Of a stretch of DNA of 58,893 nucleotides, positions 19,407 through 29,367 are shown one piece after another (positions within the stretch are counted from its first letter, which is position 1; each line of letters starts with the position of its first letter). The stretch lies in NCBI GenBank assembly GCA_037439545.1, contig JBBIVV010000013.1, positions 1 through 58,893 on the forward strand, given 5' to 3'. The notes below the pieces were generated by a model that saw only the letters and a list, made by a program, of their open reading frames with translations, was not told the origin of the DNA and did not search any database. This DNA is from a bacterium (GTDB lineage Bacteria; JAMCPX01). The position numbers and the translations under genes are program-made.

Positions 19407-21097
19407 TGTTTCAACCTCATCATCTCGGGTCTGTAATTGCCGAACACCGTGGGTCTGTAATTCTCAAGCCTGTCCGAATAAGCTACAAAGTCTTCCTGCC
19501 TTACGATCGGTATGAGCGGCAATTCATCGTGGAGAATTTTTTGTACCTTTTTATAATATGCTGCTCTTTTTTCTATATTGTATTCTTCGGCACCTTTTAT
19601 CATCAGCCTGTCTATCTCTGCCTCCCATCTTGTTGCCGGCGTCGTTTCCTTAGGGTCCCACAGATGCAGCATGCCGCTCGATAACAGGACATTTGCACCG
19701 TTATGAGGCTCATATCCTCCGGTGAGTGCGATGAGCATACAGTCCCAGTCAAAGTTTGACGTAAGTTTTTCGACAAGCGTATTAAAGTCCAGCGGCTTGT
19801 AATTCACTTTCATGCCGAGTTTAGTCAGATCGGAAAGTATGATGGATGCGATACGTTCCCTCTGTTCATTACCTGAATTTGTAAAAAAGTCGAACTCAAC
19901 CCTGTTATTGAGATCATCGTATAATTTACCATCCTTCCAGTAAAAACCTCCACCCTTCAGCAGCGCCCTTGCCTCGGCAAGATTATAGGTGTAGTCGGGC
20001 ATACTGAGGTGATATACCGGCACGTTACGGGGAATAAAGGACACCGCAGGCTCGCCATAGCCTCTGTACACATCGTCAATGATTGCCTGCTTATCGATAC
20101 TATGGGCGACTGCTTGAAGAAAACCGGGGGTCGTGAACCACCGGTACTTTGGATTTACTTGTCCGTTCTTTGTATAATGCCGCGGGTTTCTGTTGAAGGA
20201 CACGAACATTATTCCCGTATCGAGCCCTATATTCTTTATGATAAAATTCCTTTTTTTACTCATGGACTCGAGGGATGCGACCTCCTGGGGTCTCGGATTG
20301 TATATGTCTGTTTCTCCGGAAATGAATTTGACATACTGCGCATCCTGATTCTGAACTATGAGCATTGCACGGCTTTTGATATAAGGAAGTTCTGCATGCT
20401 TATCGTCTTTTTCATAATAATACGGATTTGCTTTCATGAGTATGTACTGGCTCGGAACATAGTTCGTCATAACATACGGACCAAGACCAATAATGTCGCG
20501 GGGAGGTGTAATTATGTTCCATGTCTTATCAAACACCTTGTTTATGAACGGTTTGTTCAGTGCATGCGCCGGGAGGACAGGTATGCCCAATGACTCTAAA
20601 AACGGGTAAAACGGCACTGGTAGAATAAACCTTACCGTATGGTCATCAACTTTTTCTACCTTTATCTGCCTGCCGTTGATGGTGAATAGATCGCGAAATG
20701 AGGACAATACTGCCGGGGAGTAGATGAGCTTGAAGGTAAATACAACGTCATCGGCTGAGAACGGCTTTCCATCGCTGAAGTATACGTCCCTCCTGAGATC
20801 CATCGTTATAATCTTTTTATTCGTGCTTATTGTCCACGACCGGGCAAGTGCCGGCTCTACCCGGAACGTATACGGGTTAAGTCGTGTCAGTCCTGCAAAC
20901 ACGGGGTCGAGCACGTCCGTGGAGCTTGTCTCGTTCGCAAGGATCGGATTGAATGTTTTGGGATCAGAGACTACTGCAGTAACGAGCATGTTTTTAGGCA
21001 GGCTCTCGAATTTTCTGAAATTGCATCCGGTGAATGCAAGAAGAAATACAAAGAGAAAGAGGATAATCCCGGAGATGTGACAGGGAAGTCTATTCAT
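19403..21097 (-). CDS. ABC transporter substrate-binding lipoprotein, family 5 (peptide/nickel)
   Basis: Lipobox AFTG|C; DPKTFNP, PALARSW, FSDGKPFSADDVVFT and GLGPY motifs. Confidence 0.9.
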   Translation of the reverse strand: MNRLPCHISGIILFLFVFLLAFTGCNFRKFESLPKNMLVTAVVSDPKTFNPILANETSSTDVLDPVFAGLTRLNPYTFRVEPALARSWTISTNKKIITMDLRRDVYFSDGKPFSADDVVFTFKLIYSPAVLSSFRDLFTINGRQIKVEKVDDHTVRFILPVPFYPFLESLGIPVLPAHALNKPFINKVFDKTWNIITPPRDIIGLGPYVMTNYVPSQYILMKANPYYYEKDDKHAELPYIKSRAMLIVQNQDAQYVKFISGETDIYNPRPQEVASLESMSKKRNFIIKNIGLDTGIMFVSFNRNPRHYTKNGQVNPKYRWFTTPGFLQAVAHSIDKQAIIDDVYRGYGEPAVSFIPRNVPVYHLSMPDYTYNLAEARALLKGGGFYWKDGKLYDDLNNRVEFDFFTNSGNEQRERIASIILSDLTKLGMKVNYKPLDFNTLVEKLTSNFDWDCMLIALTGGYEPHNGANVLLSSGMLHLWDPKETTPATRWEAEIDRLMIKGAEEYNIEKRAAYYKKVQKILHDELPLIPIVRQEDFVAYSDRLENYRPTVFGNYRPEMMRLKQ

Positions 21098-21875
21098 TAC
21101 CGCACAATTTTTGCGTATCCATCAACGATGGATCGACAGGCACATTTATTTTCACATGCTCATAATGGATGTCCAGCCTGTTGTCCTCCCATCTGCACCT
21201 TACACGAAGGGGTAAATTCACTCCGTCAATTTCCGCATAGTCGCTGTATTCACATCTTGCCTGAATACCGTTCTTCTGTTCAATATGCGTCACCCTGACA
21301 AGTAACTTATGGTCGACCGATGCTCTCCACGATGAATTGTTTCTCTTGCCCGATAGGACGAACCCGCCGCCGGAACCGCTGCTTCTGTCCGCGTCACCGG
21401 GCAGCCTGCCTGTGATAAGTTTTTCGAATTCATCCGGCGGGACGTCTATGTGAGTAAATCCCGCAAGGGTCTCTGCCATGTTCGAAATACTACATTTACC
21501 GGTGTCCGTATCCAGAACTGCTACCGCACTATTATAGATAATAACAAGCATGGGCTGATAGAATATGTTCAGCGTTTCGAGGCGCATGGCATCCTTGTTT
21601 ATTACGATTGCTTCAGGAAATACACCGTTGCTGCCGTTGAACCTCATGCTCACGGAAGCAAGGGCTTTCATACTGTTTACCGCATGGTTCTTTTGAGACA
21701 TACTATTCATAAGGTCCTGAATGTTGCTGGAGGAGTTATTTTTCGTGGTATAAGTACACCCTGCGATGAACACAAACGCACCTGCGAGGGCCCTGAGAAT
21801 ATAATAAGGAAGCTTGCCTGCCTGTTCCGGCTTTCTTACTTCTAAATACATGCGGGCGTCGATCTTATTTCGCAC
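21090..21875 (-). CDS. LolB-like/DUF4292-like outer-membrane lipoprotein
   Basis: Lipobox FIAG|C, beta-rich, downstream of a TPR lipoprotein as in TPR-lolB pairs. Start uncertain. Confidence 0.5.
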   Translation of the reverse strand: MRNKIDARMYLEVRKPEQAGKLPYYILRALAGAFVFIAGCTYTTKNNSSSNIQDLMNSMSQKNHAVNSMKALASVSMRFNGSNGVFPEAIVINKDAMRLETLNIFYQPMLVIIYNSAVAVLDTDTGKCSISNMAETLAGFTHIDVPPDEFEKLITGRLPGDADRSSGSGGGFVLSGKRNNSSWRASVDHKLLVRVTHIEQKNGIQARCEYSDYAEIDGVNLPLRVRCRWEDNRLDIHYEHVKINVPVDPSLMDTQKLCGNE

Positions 21876-23583
21876 CGAGCTTCAGCAACTTTCCGTGCAA
21901 TTTCTTTTTGAGTTTCCCGTCCGTAAGCTGTTTACTGCCGAGAGCCATTTTATATGTTTTGATTGCAGATGCCTTGTTCCCTGCCTTGAGATAAGCATCG
22001 CCGAGATGCTCCAGTATCTGCGGATCGTCTTTTGAGAGTTTCGCCGCTTTTCTCAGCGTCACGATAGCTTCTTTCAAAAGTCCTTTTTTGTAATATACCC
22101 AGCCAAGACTGTCTGTTATAAAACCATCCTTCGGCCTTATCTTCAACGCATCTTTGATCATGGTTTCTGCAGTATCGAGTTTCGTGCCCTTGTCTGCGTA
22201 CGTATAACCGATGTAGTTAAGGGCATCCGCATTTTTCTGATTGAGCTTTAAGATCTGCTCCATCACCTCGAGAGCATTTTTCGTGTCTCCGGACTGATCA
22301 TAGATGACACCGAGATGGTACATGGTTGCCTGGCTGTCCGTAAATTTATTCAATGCTTTATGCAACACATCGATAGCCTGTTTATAATCCTTATCCTGGG
22401 CAAAAAGCGATGCGTAGAGGTTATACATGTCGACGGTCGGTTTTGTCTCTAACACAGGCATCAATGTTTCCTCTGCCTGCATGGTATTTTTTTGATTATT
22501 GTAAATGATTGCTATCTGTATCACTGCATCCGGATAGAATTCATTGTCTGACGGTATCTTTTTCAGGATCTCGATGGCCTGGCCGTCTTTTTTGTTCTCG
22601 GAGAGCAATATACCGTAATAATAATACGCCCTGTAGAATGACGGGTTTGAAGCAATTATTTTTTTAAACACATCCCCGGCAGGTCCGTACTGCTTCATTT
22701 CGACGTAGAGCATGCCGATCTTTAACTGGAGGACCAAAGAAGGTATGGATGCTTCCGCCTTTTTATAGCTCTTCAGTGCGTCCGTATATTTCTTCGCAGT
22801 CAGATATATGTCTCCTATCTTCTCATACAGACCATACTGCTCCGGATCATTCTGAAGTATGCTGTCGTAGATCCCTACGGCTTTATCGTACTCTTTTATG
22901 TAGGCATACACATCGGCTTCTTCATACAGTGCGGTGTAAAAATCAGGAGAGACTTTGATCGCGTTATTGTAAAACCCGATAGCTTCTTTATATTTCTTCC
23001 GGTCTACGGCAATCTTGGCAAGATAATAGTACGGATAAGGGGATGAAGGAACATGAACAATCATCTCGTTCAGCGTCGCCTGCGCATCTTTCGTTTTATC
23101 TGCATGATACTGGGTAAGTGCGAGCGCTATGTATGCATCCTCGGAATCGGGTGAGAGGGTCACTATCCGCTTCAATGTTTCGATTGACTGCCCGGTCTTG
23201 CCGAAGTTCGAATATATATCGGCCTCTGCATATAAGGCGGGTATATAGTTCGGTTCTATCTTTAAAGCCCGATCGATCTCTGCAAGTGCGTCTTCGTATT
23301 TCTGCTGCTGGTCATAGAGTTTTGCGAGGATCAAGTGCAAGTAAGGCGACGATTGATCGTAAGTCAATGATTTTTTAATGTCTGCAACAGCACCGTCGAC
23401 ATCCCCGTTGCTGAGCTTCAGCTCTGACATCATGAAATATGTTTCTGCGCAGGTCGACGTCTCCGGGCAATTGTATGCTCCAGGATTTTTATTTGCGCTA
23501 TACAGGGAAACAGGCTTTTCAGGCATGTGCGCACAACCGGCCATTATGAATGCACCCATAAGTACTATAAGTTGTTTTCTCAT
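21865..23583 (-). CDS. Tetratricopeptide-repeat lipoprotein
   Basis: Lipobox MAG|C; many TPR repeats; C-terminal ALNYIGYTYAD...DSLGWVYYK...EHLGDAY. Confidence 0.9.
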   Translation of the reverse strand: MRKQLIVLMGAFIMAGCAHMPEKPVSLYSANKNPGAYNCPETSTCAETYFMMSELKLSNGDVDGAVADIKKSLTYDQSSPYLHLILAKLYDQQQKYEDALAEIDRALKIEPNYIPALYAEADIYSNFGKTGQSIETLKRIVTLSPDSEDAYIALALTQYHADKTKDAQATLNEMIVHVPSSPYPYYYLAKIAVDRKKYKEAIGFYNNAIKVSPDFYTALYEEADVYAYIKEYDKAVGIYDSILQNDPEQYGLYEKIGDIYLTAKKYTDALKSYKKAEASIPSLVLQLKIGMLYVEMKQYGPAGDVFKKIIASNPSFYRAYYYYGILLSENKKDGQAIEILKKIPSDNEFYPDAVIQIAIIYNNQKNTMQAEETLMPVLETKPTVDMYNLYASLFAQDKDYKQAIDVLHKALNKFTDSQATMYHLGVIYDQSGDTKNALEVMEQILKLNQKNADALNYIGYTYADKGTKLDTAETMIKDALKIRPKDGFITDSLGWVYYKKGLLKEAIVTLRKAAKLSKDDPQILEHLGDAYLKAGNKASAIKTYKMALGSKQLTDGKLKKKLHGKLLKLGAK

Positions 23584-23695
23584 AAGTTAAGGATAATCCT
23601 TCCCTGTATATAATTCAATATTTATTGAATCGGAATAAATACCTGATGACAGTTTATTGAACTTGAAACCATGCTGTGTTAGAATTGAATAAATT

Positions 23696-24901
23696 ATGGA
23701 CAAAAATTACAACAACATCATTCTTTCAGCAAAACACGTATTTCCCGTAACCTCCCCTGCCATCGAGGATGGGGCTGTGTATATCAAAGACGGCATCATC
23801 AGGGATGCCGGCAGGCTGAACCACCTGTCGAGACTTTACAAATCCGACGTTATGGAGCTCGGCAGGGGCATACTGATGCCGGGTTTTATAAACGGACACG
23901 TCCATCTCGAACTTGGTAAAATGCAGGCACAGCTCGATCCAAGAGACGATTTCCCTGCATGGATATTCGAGATCATGAAAAAGAGGTTTACGTTTTCAAG
24001 AAAAAAAGCCGGTGAAGGCGTCCTGCAGGGAATACATGCACTTATAAAATCGGGTGTGGCCGGCATTGGAGAGATATCAACCTTCGGTATAGATAAAGAA
24101 CACCTGCTCGGTTCGCCGTTGTACACGGTACTTTTTAAAGAGGTCCTCTCTGTGCGTAAGCTTACGGAAACCAGTTATACAAACGGTACATCCATGGAAG
24201 AAAGACCGTTTCTCCATGCTCCTTACTCGACTGCATCGGAGGCATACACAGAGGCATCGGACAGGTTCGAAGCCTCCGGCACACACATAGCAGAAAGCAT
24301 GGATGAGACCTTGCTGGTCACAGGAAAAAAGAATTATTTCGAGAAAAGGCTCGGTCCGCTCATAAGGAGGAAGCCTTTGATGAACGGCAGCAGGTCGCCT
24401 GTCGATTACCTCTATAAACTCGGATTCTTAAATAAAAAAGCAACGCTTGTTCATTGTGTCCATGTCGACAAGCAGGATGTCGAGCTTGCCTCGTCCCATA
24501 ATGCCGGTATCGTGCTGTGTCCGAGGAGCAATGCTTACCTTGGTGTAGGCATGCCTGATGTAGGACTGCTCCACAATTATCCGAGGCTCGGGATCGGCAC
24601 AGACGGCCTGAGCAGTAATTATTCTCTTGATATGATGGACGAGATCAGGTTTTTATACCTTATTTCAAGACCAATCCTGAAATCAAAGACCGAATCATTC
24701 ATCTTAAACGCCGCAACCATTGGAGGGGCAAAGGCATTGTTTATAGAGGACAAACTCGGGAGCATAGAAAAAGGCAAGCGTGCGGGGCTCATCTATCTTG
24801 ATACCGATGTTGCAAAAAATCTATGCCTTTCCATAATCAATACGCCATCCTCGCAAATAAGGAATTTAGCAGTGAATTTGACAGGTGAGACGCATGGCTA
24901 A
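23696..24901 (+). CDS. Metal-dependent amidohydrolase, possibly aminodeoxyfutalosine deaminase
   Basis: PGFINGHVHLE, HAPYS, THIAES, LVHCV, LCPRSN and GTDGLSSN motifs. The substrate is inferred from mqnE/mqnA in the window. Confidence 0.7.
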   Translation: MDKNYNNIILSAKHVFPVTSPAIEDGAVYIKDGIIRDAGRLNHLSRLYKSDVMELGRGILMPGFINGHVHLELGKMQAQLDPRDDFPAWIFEIMKKRFTFSRKKAGEGVLQGIHALIKSGVAGIGEISTFGIDKEHLLGSPLYTVLFKEVLSVRKLTETSYTNGTSMEERPFLHAPYSTASEAYTEASDRFEASGTHIAESMDETLLVTGKKNYFEKRLGPLIRRKPLMNGSRSPVDYLYKLGFLNKKATLVHCVHVDKQDVELASSHNAGIVLCPRSNAYLGVGMPDVGLLHNYPRLGIGTDGLSSNYSLDMMDEIRFLYLISRPILKSKTESFILNAATIGGAKALFIEDKLGSIEKGKRAGLIYLDTDVAKNLCLSIINTPSSQIRNLAVNLTGETHG

Positions 24902-24909
24902 TTTTGCAT

Positions 24910-24976
24910 GTCATTCCCGTGCAAACGGGAATCCAGAAAAAAACAGACTGGATTCCGTGTCACAGCACGCAATGAC
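24910..24976. repeat. dRS3/REP-like palindromic element
   Basis: gtcatt...aatgac ends; ATTCCC-N8-GGGAAT at 24913-24932; internal inverted repeat gaatccag/ctggattc. Confidence 0.75.
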
Positions 24977-25048
24977 GAATAAGGAAAGACATTCCGTATT
25001 CAGATGTTGCTTAGGCCACCAGCCCTTACTAAGGATGGATCATACTTC

Positions 25049-25813
25049 ATGACGTATGAACTCAAAACCGACGTACTCTACGGTATCAACCCGGTACTGG
25101 AGGCATTAAGGGCAGGAAAGAGAAAGGCAGTCAGACTCTTCCTGTCGGATACCAGGCACGACAAATATCAGGATGTATTCATACATTTTGCAAAAGAGCT
25201 GAACATACCGATTGCTGTTGTGCCGAGACAGGAGCTTTTTAAGCTGAGCGCAACAGACAGTCATCAGGGCGTTGCCGGAGTATTCGGACCTTACCCTTAC
25301 TCGGACATACAACCCATGCTCGATAGAGCGGAAAACCAGAATAAGAAACCATTCATCATTGCGCTCGATGAGATGCAGGACCCGCACAATACAGGCGCAA
25401 TCATTAGAACTGCCTCATGCCTTGGCTTCCACGGGATAATTCTCACGAAGAGACGATCTGCAGACATAACGCCTGCGGTTGTAAAGGCATCCAGCGGAGC
25501 GACGGAATATATGCATATAGCTCTGGCAGCAAACCTCCGCTCCGAGATCGAATCGCTCAAGGAAAACGGGTTGACGGCAGTCGGGCTCGATATGCAGGGA
25601 AATTCCCGGTTCAACGATGTAAATACGGGACAGGGCATGGTGCTTATTGTCGGGAGTGAAGGCAGCGGCATCAGGAAGCCTGTAATCGATGTGTGCGATT
25701 ATGTTGTTTCAATAACCATGAACGGGCATCCGGATTCCTTAAATGCGTCGGTATCGGCGGGGATAGCTATGTACGAGCTCGGAAATTTATCGGACAAAAA
25801 GCGTGCCCAATAA
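25049..25813 (+). CDS. rlmB: 23S rRNA (Gm2251) methyltransferase, TrmH family
   Basis: YGINPVLEAL, HQGV, QDPHNTGAIIRTA, VKASSGA, GSEGSG and SLNASVSAG motifs. Start likely 25049. Confidence 0.92.
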   Translation: MTYELKTDVLYGINPVLEALRAGKRKAVRLFLSDTRHDKYQDVFIHFAKELNIPIAVVPRQELFKLSATDSHQGVAGVFGPYPYSDIQPMLDRAENQNKKPFIIALDEMQDPHNTGAIIRTASCLGFHGIILTKRRSADITPAVVKASSGATEYMHIALAANLRSEIESLKENGLTAVGLDMQGNSRFNDVNTGQGMVLIVGSEGSGIRKPVIDVCDYVVSITMNGHPDSLNASVSAGIAMYELGNLSDKKRAQ

Positions 25814-25845
25814 GAATCTGACCTGAACTATTGGAATTTTTAGTT

Positions 25846-26973
25846 TTACCCGAAAATCACGTACTGCGTTGCTTTTTCAAGCCTTTTCCCTTTTACACCG
25901 ACGTATTCGAGGCTTTTTATTCTACCTGATTTGCGTGTTTTGAGAATTGTTTGTACGGTCATTGGTCCCAAACCTGGCACCCTGAGCAGCGCTTCTTTGT
26001 CCGCGGTATTGATTTCAACAGGGTAAAATTCCGGATGCCGGCGCGCCCATTCATCTTTCGGGTCTTTATCGAGACTTAGATTGCCGGAGCCGTCCAGAAT
26101 AATGTCATCACTGTTAAATCCGTATTTACGGATGAGAAAATCCACCTGATACAACCGGTGCTCGCGGACAAAGTTTTGATCCGGACTGAGCATAAATTTC
26201 CGCTCTCCCGGGATAGTCGCGGCTCCGAGTCCTCTCTGATATGCGGAAAAATACACCCTCTTGAAATTGAGCCTGTCGTAGAGACCGAACATATAATCAA
26301 TAATCTCGGAGTCTTTCTCGTCAGATGCGCCGACGATGAACTGGGTCGTGCATTTGACCCTTGAAAACCTGCCCCCCTTTGAGGTGAGCCTGCTCATGAG
26401 TCTTATCGGACGGATGATGTCATTCATGTAGTCTTTTCTGTCGGAAAGTACCTGGAAGTGTTTGCTGCCCGCGGTCTCTATGTTCAGCGATACGGCAGTT
26501 GCAAGAGAGATAGAATCCTCGATAGCTGCATCGGAGGCACCGGGTATAATCTTCAGATGAATATACCCCTTGTAGTTGTTTTTATATCTGAGGATACGGG
26601 CAACGGAATTGATCCTGTCCATCGTATAATCCGGGTTGTTGATTATACCGGAGCTCAGGAACAGTCCGAACACCTTTTTCTGTCTCTCGTATTCCATGAA
26701 TATATGTGCCGCTTCTTCAGACCTGAGCGTGCAGCGGTTGATGTTCGTGTCCGATCTCAGGGGACAGTATTTGCAGTCATTCGAGCATGCATTGGAAAGC
26801 AGTGTTTTCAAAAGTACGGAATATCCGCCGTTCGGGAGTACCACAGGATAAAGCCATTTTCCCCCATCTCCCCTTTTCCTGTGTTCATCCTTGCCTGTCG
26901 CACATGCACATGCAAGATCATATCGTGCATCCTCTGAAAGGATCTTAAGTTTTTCTATAGTTTCCATAGCCAT
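25846..26973 (-). CDS. Putative DNA modification/repair radical SAM protein with HhH motif
   Basis: KLKILSEDARYDLAC, CSNDCKYC, GLFLSSG, YIHLKIIPG, REHRLYQ, DPK..WA and LLRVPGLG motifs. Confidence 0.85.
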   Translation of the reverse strand: MAMETIEKLKILSEDARYDLACACATGKDEHRKRGDGGKWLYPVVLPNGGYSVLLKTLLSNACSNDCKYCPLRSDTNINRCTLRSEEAAHIFMEYERQKKVFGLFLSSGIINNPDYTMDRINSVARILRYKNNYKGYIHLKIIPGASDAAIEDSISLATAVSLNIETAGSKHFQVLSDRKDYMNDIIRPIRLMSRLTSKGGRFSRVKCTTQFIVGASDEKDSEIIDYMFGLYDRLNFKRVYFSAYQRGLGAATIPGERKFMLSPDQNFVREHRLYQVDFLIRKYGFNSDDIILDGSGNLSLDKDPKDEWARRHPEFYPVEINTADKEALLRVPGLGPMTVQTILKTRKSGRIKSLEYVGVKGKRLEKATQYVIFG

Positions 26974-27208
26974 TCTCTAAAGCACTATAGTACATAAATC
27001 TTTGCACGCTTGCAACAAAGATACGTGCAAAATCAACAGCGACCGGACGGCACGGACAGGCGGGATATGCAGAGCGTTGTCCGGTAACCGCCGCGTTACA
27101 AATAAGTGTTGAATATAAAGAGAAAAATGTATATTAAGGTAGTATATTTTTTAATTCTATGGATTAAACTATAGACTTGAATAGAAGACTGGAAGAGGTG
27201 GTTTGCAG

Positions 27209-28420
27209 ATGATAAAAAATAAAACTATGAAGCTTACCGACGACTTCATCACCCATACCTATAAGAGGATGCCCCTGGTCATAACAAAGGGCAAAGGCAT
27301 CTACCTGTGGGACAGCAATGGTAAGAAGTACATTGATTTTCTCGGTGCACGGGGCGCAGCGAATACAGGTTATTCAAACCCTGATGTAATCAAAGCAATA
27401 ACAGCACAGGCAAAAAAACTTATTCTGGTAACGAACGATTTTTATACCATGCCCCAGGCAGAACTTGCGGGCATGCTCGTAAAAGCTTCGTTTGCAGATC
27501 AGGTGTTTTTCTGCAACAGCGGCGCAGAGGCGAATGAGACTGCAATCAAGATGTCACGGCTCTACTCGTACAAAACATACGGGCAGGGCAGGTATGTCGT
27601 CGTCAGTGCACACAATTCCTTCCATGGAAGGACCTACGGTGCCCTCTCGGCTACCGGACAAAAAAAATATCAGGCCGGTTTCGAGCCCATGGTACCCGGG
27701 TTCAGGCATGTCCGGTTCAACGACACCGATGATATGAATGCAGCACTCGGTGATGACGTATGTGCCGTCATACTCGAACCGGTGCAGGGCGAGGGCGGTG
27801 TTTATCCGGCATCACAGGAATACATGAGATTCATAAGAGAGCAGACAAAGAAAAAAGATATTCTTTTCATACTCGACGAGGTGCAGGTAGGGCTCGGCAG
27901 GACCGGCAGGCTGTTTGCTTATGAAAATTATAAAATAAAACCCGATATCGTCACCATCGCAAAATCCATAGCGGGAGGCATGCCGATGGGGGCTGTACTT
28001 GCAGACAAACGGGTGAGCACTTTTTTTGATTACGGGACACATGGGACAACGTTTGGCGGCGCGCCCCTTACTGCTGCTGCGGGCATAGCAGCGTTAAACT
28101 ACATTGTCCGGCACAAACTGCCTGACCATGCGAAAAGCCTCGGCACAGCCGCACTGAAACGCCTCTCTGAACTCAAAAATCAGCACGGGACCGTAATAAA
28201 AGACGTGCGGGGTATGGGGCTCATCATAGGCATAGAATTCTACCGTGATACGCTTGCGTCGGGGATTTATGAACGATGCCTGGAAAACGGATTGATCGTA
28301 AATATTACCAATGGAACGATTATCAGGTTCCTGCCGCCGCTTGTCATAACCATGAACGAGTTGAACAGGGGCATAGATATATTTGAGGATGTAGTAAAGC
28401 GTATTATTGCCAGGCATTGA
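27209..28420 (+). CDS. argD: Acetylornithine aminotransferase (class III PLP)
   Basis: FFCNSGAEANE, SFHGRT, EPVQGEGG, DEVQ.GLGRTG, AKSIAGG and HGTTFGG motifs; upstream of argF. Start uncertain (27203-27227). Confidence 0.9.
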   Translation: MIKNKTMKLTDDFITHTYKRMPLVITKGKGIYLWDSNGKKYIDFLGARGAANTGYSNPDVIKAITAQAKKLILVTNDFYTMPQAELAGMLVKASFADQVFFCNSGAEANETAIKMSRLYSYKTYGQGRYVVVSAHNSFHGRTYGALSATGQKKYQAGFEPMVPGFRHVRFNDTDDMNAALGDDVCAVILEPVQGEGGVYPASQEYMRFIREQTKKKDILFILDEVQVGLGRTGRLFAYENYKIKPDIVTIAKSIAGGMPMGAVLADKRVSTFFDYGTHGTTFGGAPLTAAAGIAALNYIVRHKLPDHAKSLGTAALKRLSELKNQHGTVIKDVRGMGLIIGIEFYRDTLASGIYERCLENGLIVNITNGTIIRFLPPLVITMNELNRGIDIFEDVVKRIIARH

Positions 28421-28444
28421 CGAATATTGAAAGAAGAGGAGCCT

Positions 28445-29353
28445 ATGACGAAAAGGGATCTGATCAGCATATTTGATTTGGAAGAAAAAGAAATCGATGG
28501 TCTGATAAAAGAAACGGAAAGATTAAAAAAGAATAAGACTCACAGCCAGCCGCTGAAAGGCAAGACACTTGCCATGATATTCGAAAAATCATCCACAAGG
28601 ACAAGGGTTTCGTTCGAAGTGGGAATGTATCAGCTCGGAGGAATGGCCATCTATCTGAATTCGAAGGACCTGCAGCTTGACCGGGGAGAGACGATCGAAG
28701 ATACGGCAAGAACATTGTCACGGTATGTGAACGGCATCATGATGAGGACTTTTGCGCATGACACTATTGTGCGGCTTGCAAAACATGCCTCGGTCCCTGT
28801 CATCAACGGACTATCCGACCTTTCACATCCGTGTCAGATCCTGAGTGATCTGTTTACCGTGTATGAGAAAAAGCACGACTACAAAAAACTTACCTATGCG
28901 TATGTGGGTGACGGAAACAATGTTCTGAATTCATGGATTGAGGCGGCAGGTGTCCTTGGTTTGCACCTTAAGGTTGCAACACCCGTCCTGTACAAACCGC
29001 CGGAAGCACTCTTGAAGAAGGCTTTTTCTTTGAACCGCGGGAAAATAGAATTGTACCATGATCCTGATGAGGCTGTCCGGGATGCGGATGTCATTTATAC
29101 GGACGTATGGGTAAGCATGGGACAGGAGGGCATACGGGAGGCAAAGCTGAAACAATTAAACGGGTTTCAGATCAACCAGTCACTGGTGAAACATGCCAGA
29201 CCGGATGTAATCGTTATGCACTGCCTGCCGGCGCACAGGGGCGAAGAGATAACCTCAGAAGTGCTCGATGGCAAGCATTCCGTCGTATTTGATCAAGCGG
29301 AGAACAGGCTGCACACACAGAAAGCCATATTAACATTACTCATGAAACATTAA
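28445..29353 (+). CDS. argF: Ornithine carbamoyltransferase
   Basis: FEKSSTRTR, HPCQ, YTDVWVSMG, HCLP and QAENR motifs; GAGGAG RBS before ATG 28445. Confidence 0.96.
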   Translation: MTKRDLISIFDLEEKEIDGLIKETERLKKNKTHSQPLKGKTLAMIFEKSSTRTRVSFEVGMYQLGGMAIYLNSKDLQLDRGETIEDTARTLSRYVNGIMMRTFAHDTIVRLAKHASVPVINGLSDLSHPCQILSDLFTVYEKKHDYKKLTYAYVGDGNNVLNSWIEAAGVLGLHLKVATPVLYKPPEALLKKAFSLNRGKIELYHDPDEAVRDADVIYTDVWVSMGQEGIREAKLKQLNGFQINQSLVKHARPDVIVMHCLPAHRGEEITSEVLDGKHSVVFDQAENRLHTQKAILTLLMKH

Positions 29354-29367
29354 GAGGAGGGACGAGC

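Noticed and set aside
27040..27100. GC-rich patch with short stems as a possible ncRNA or riboswitch
   Set aside because: Stems are short and match no RNA family I recognise.
27105..27200. ArgR boxes upstream of argD-argF
   Set aside because: Only partial half-site resemblance in AT-rich DNA.
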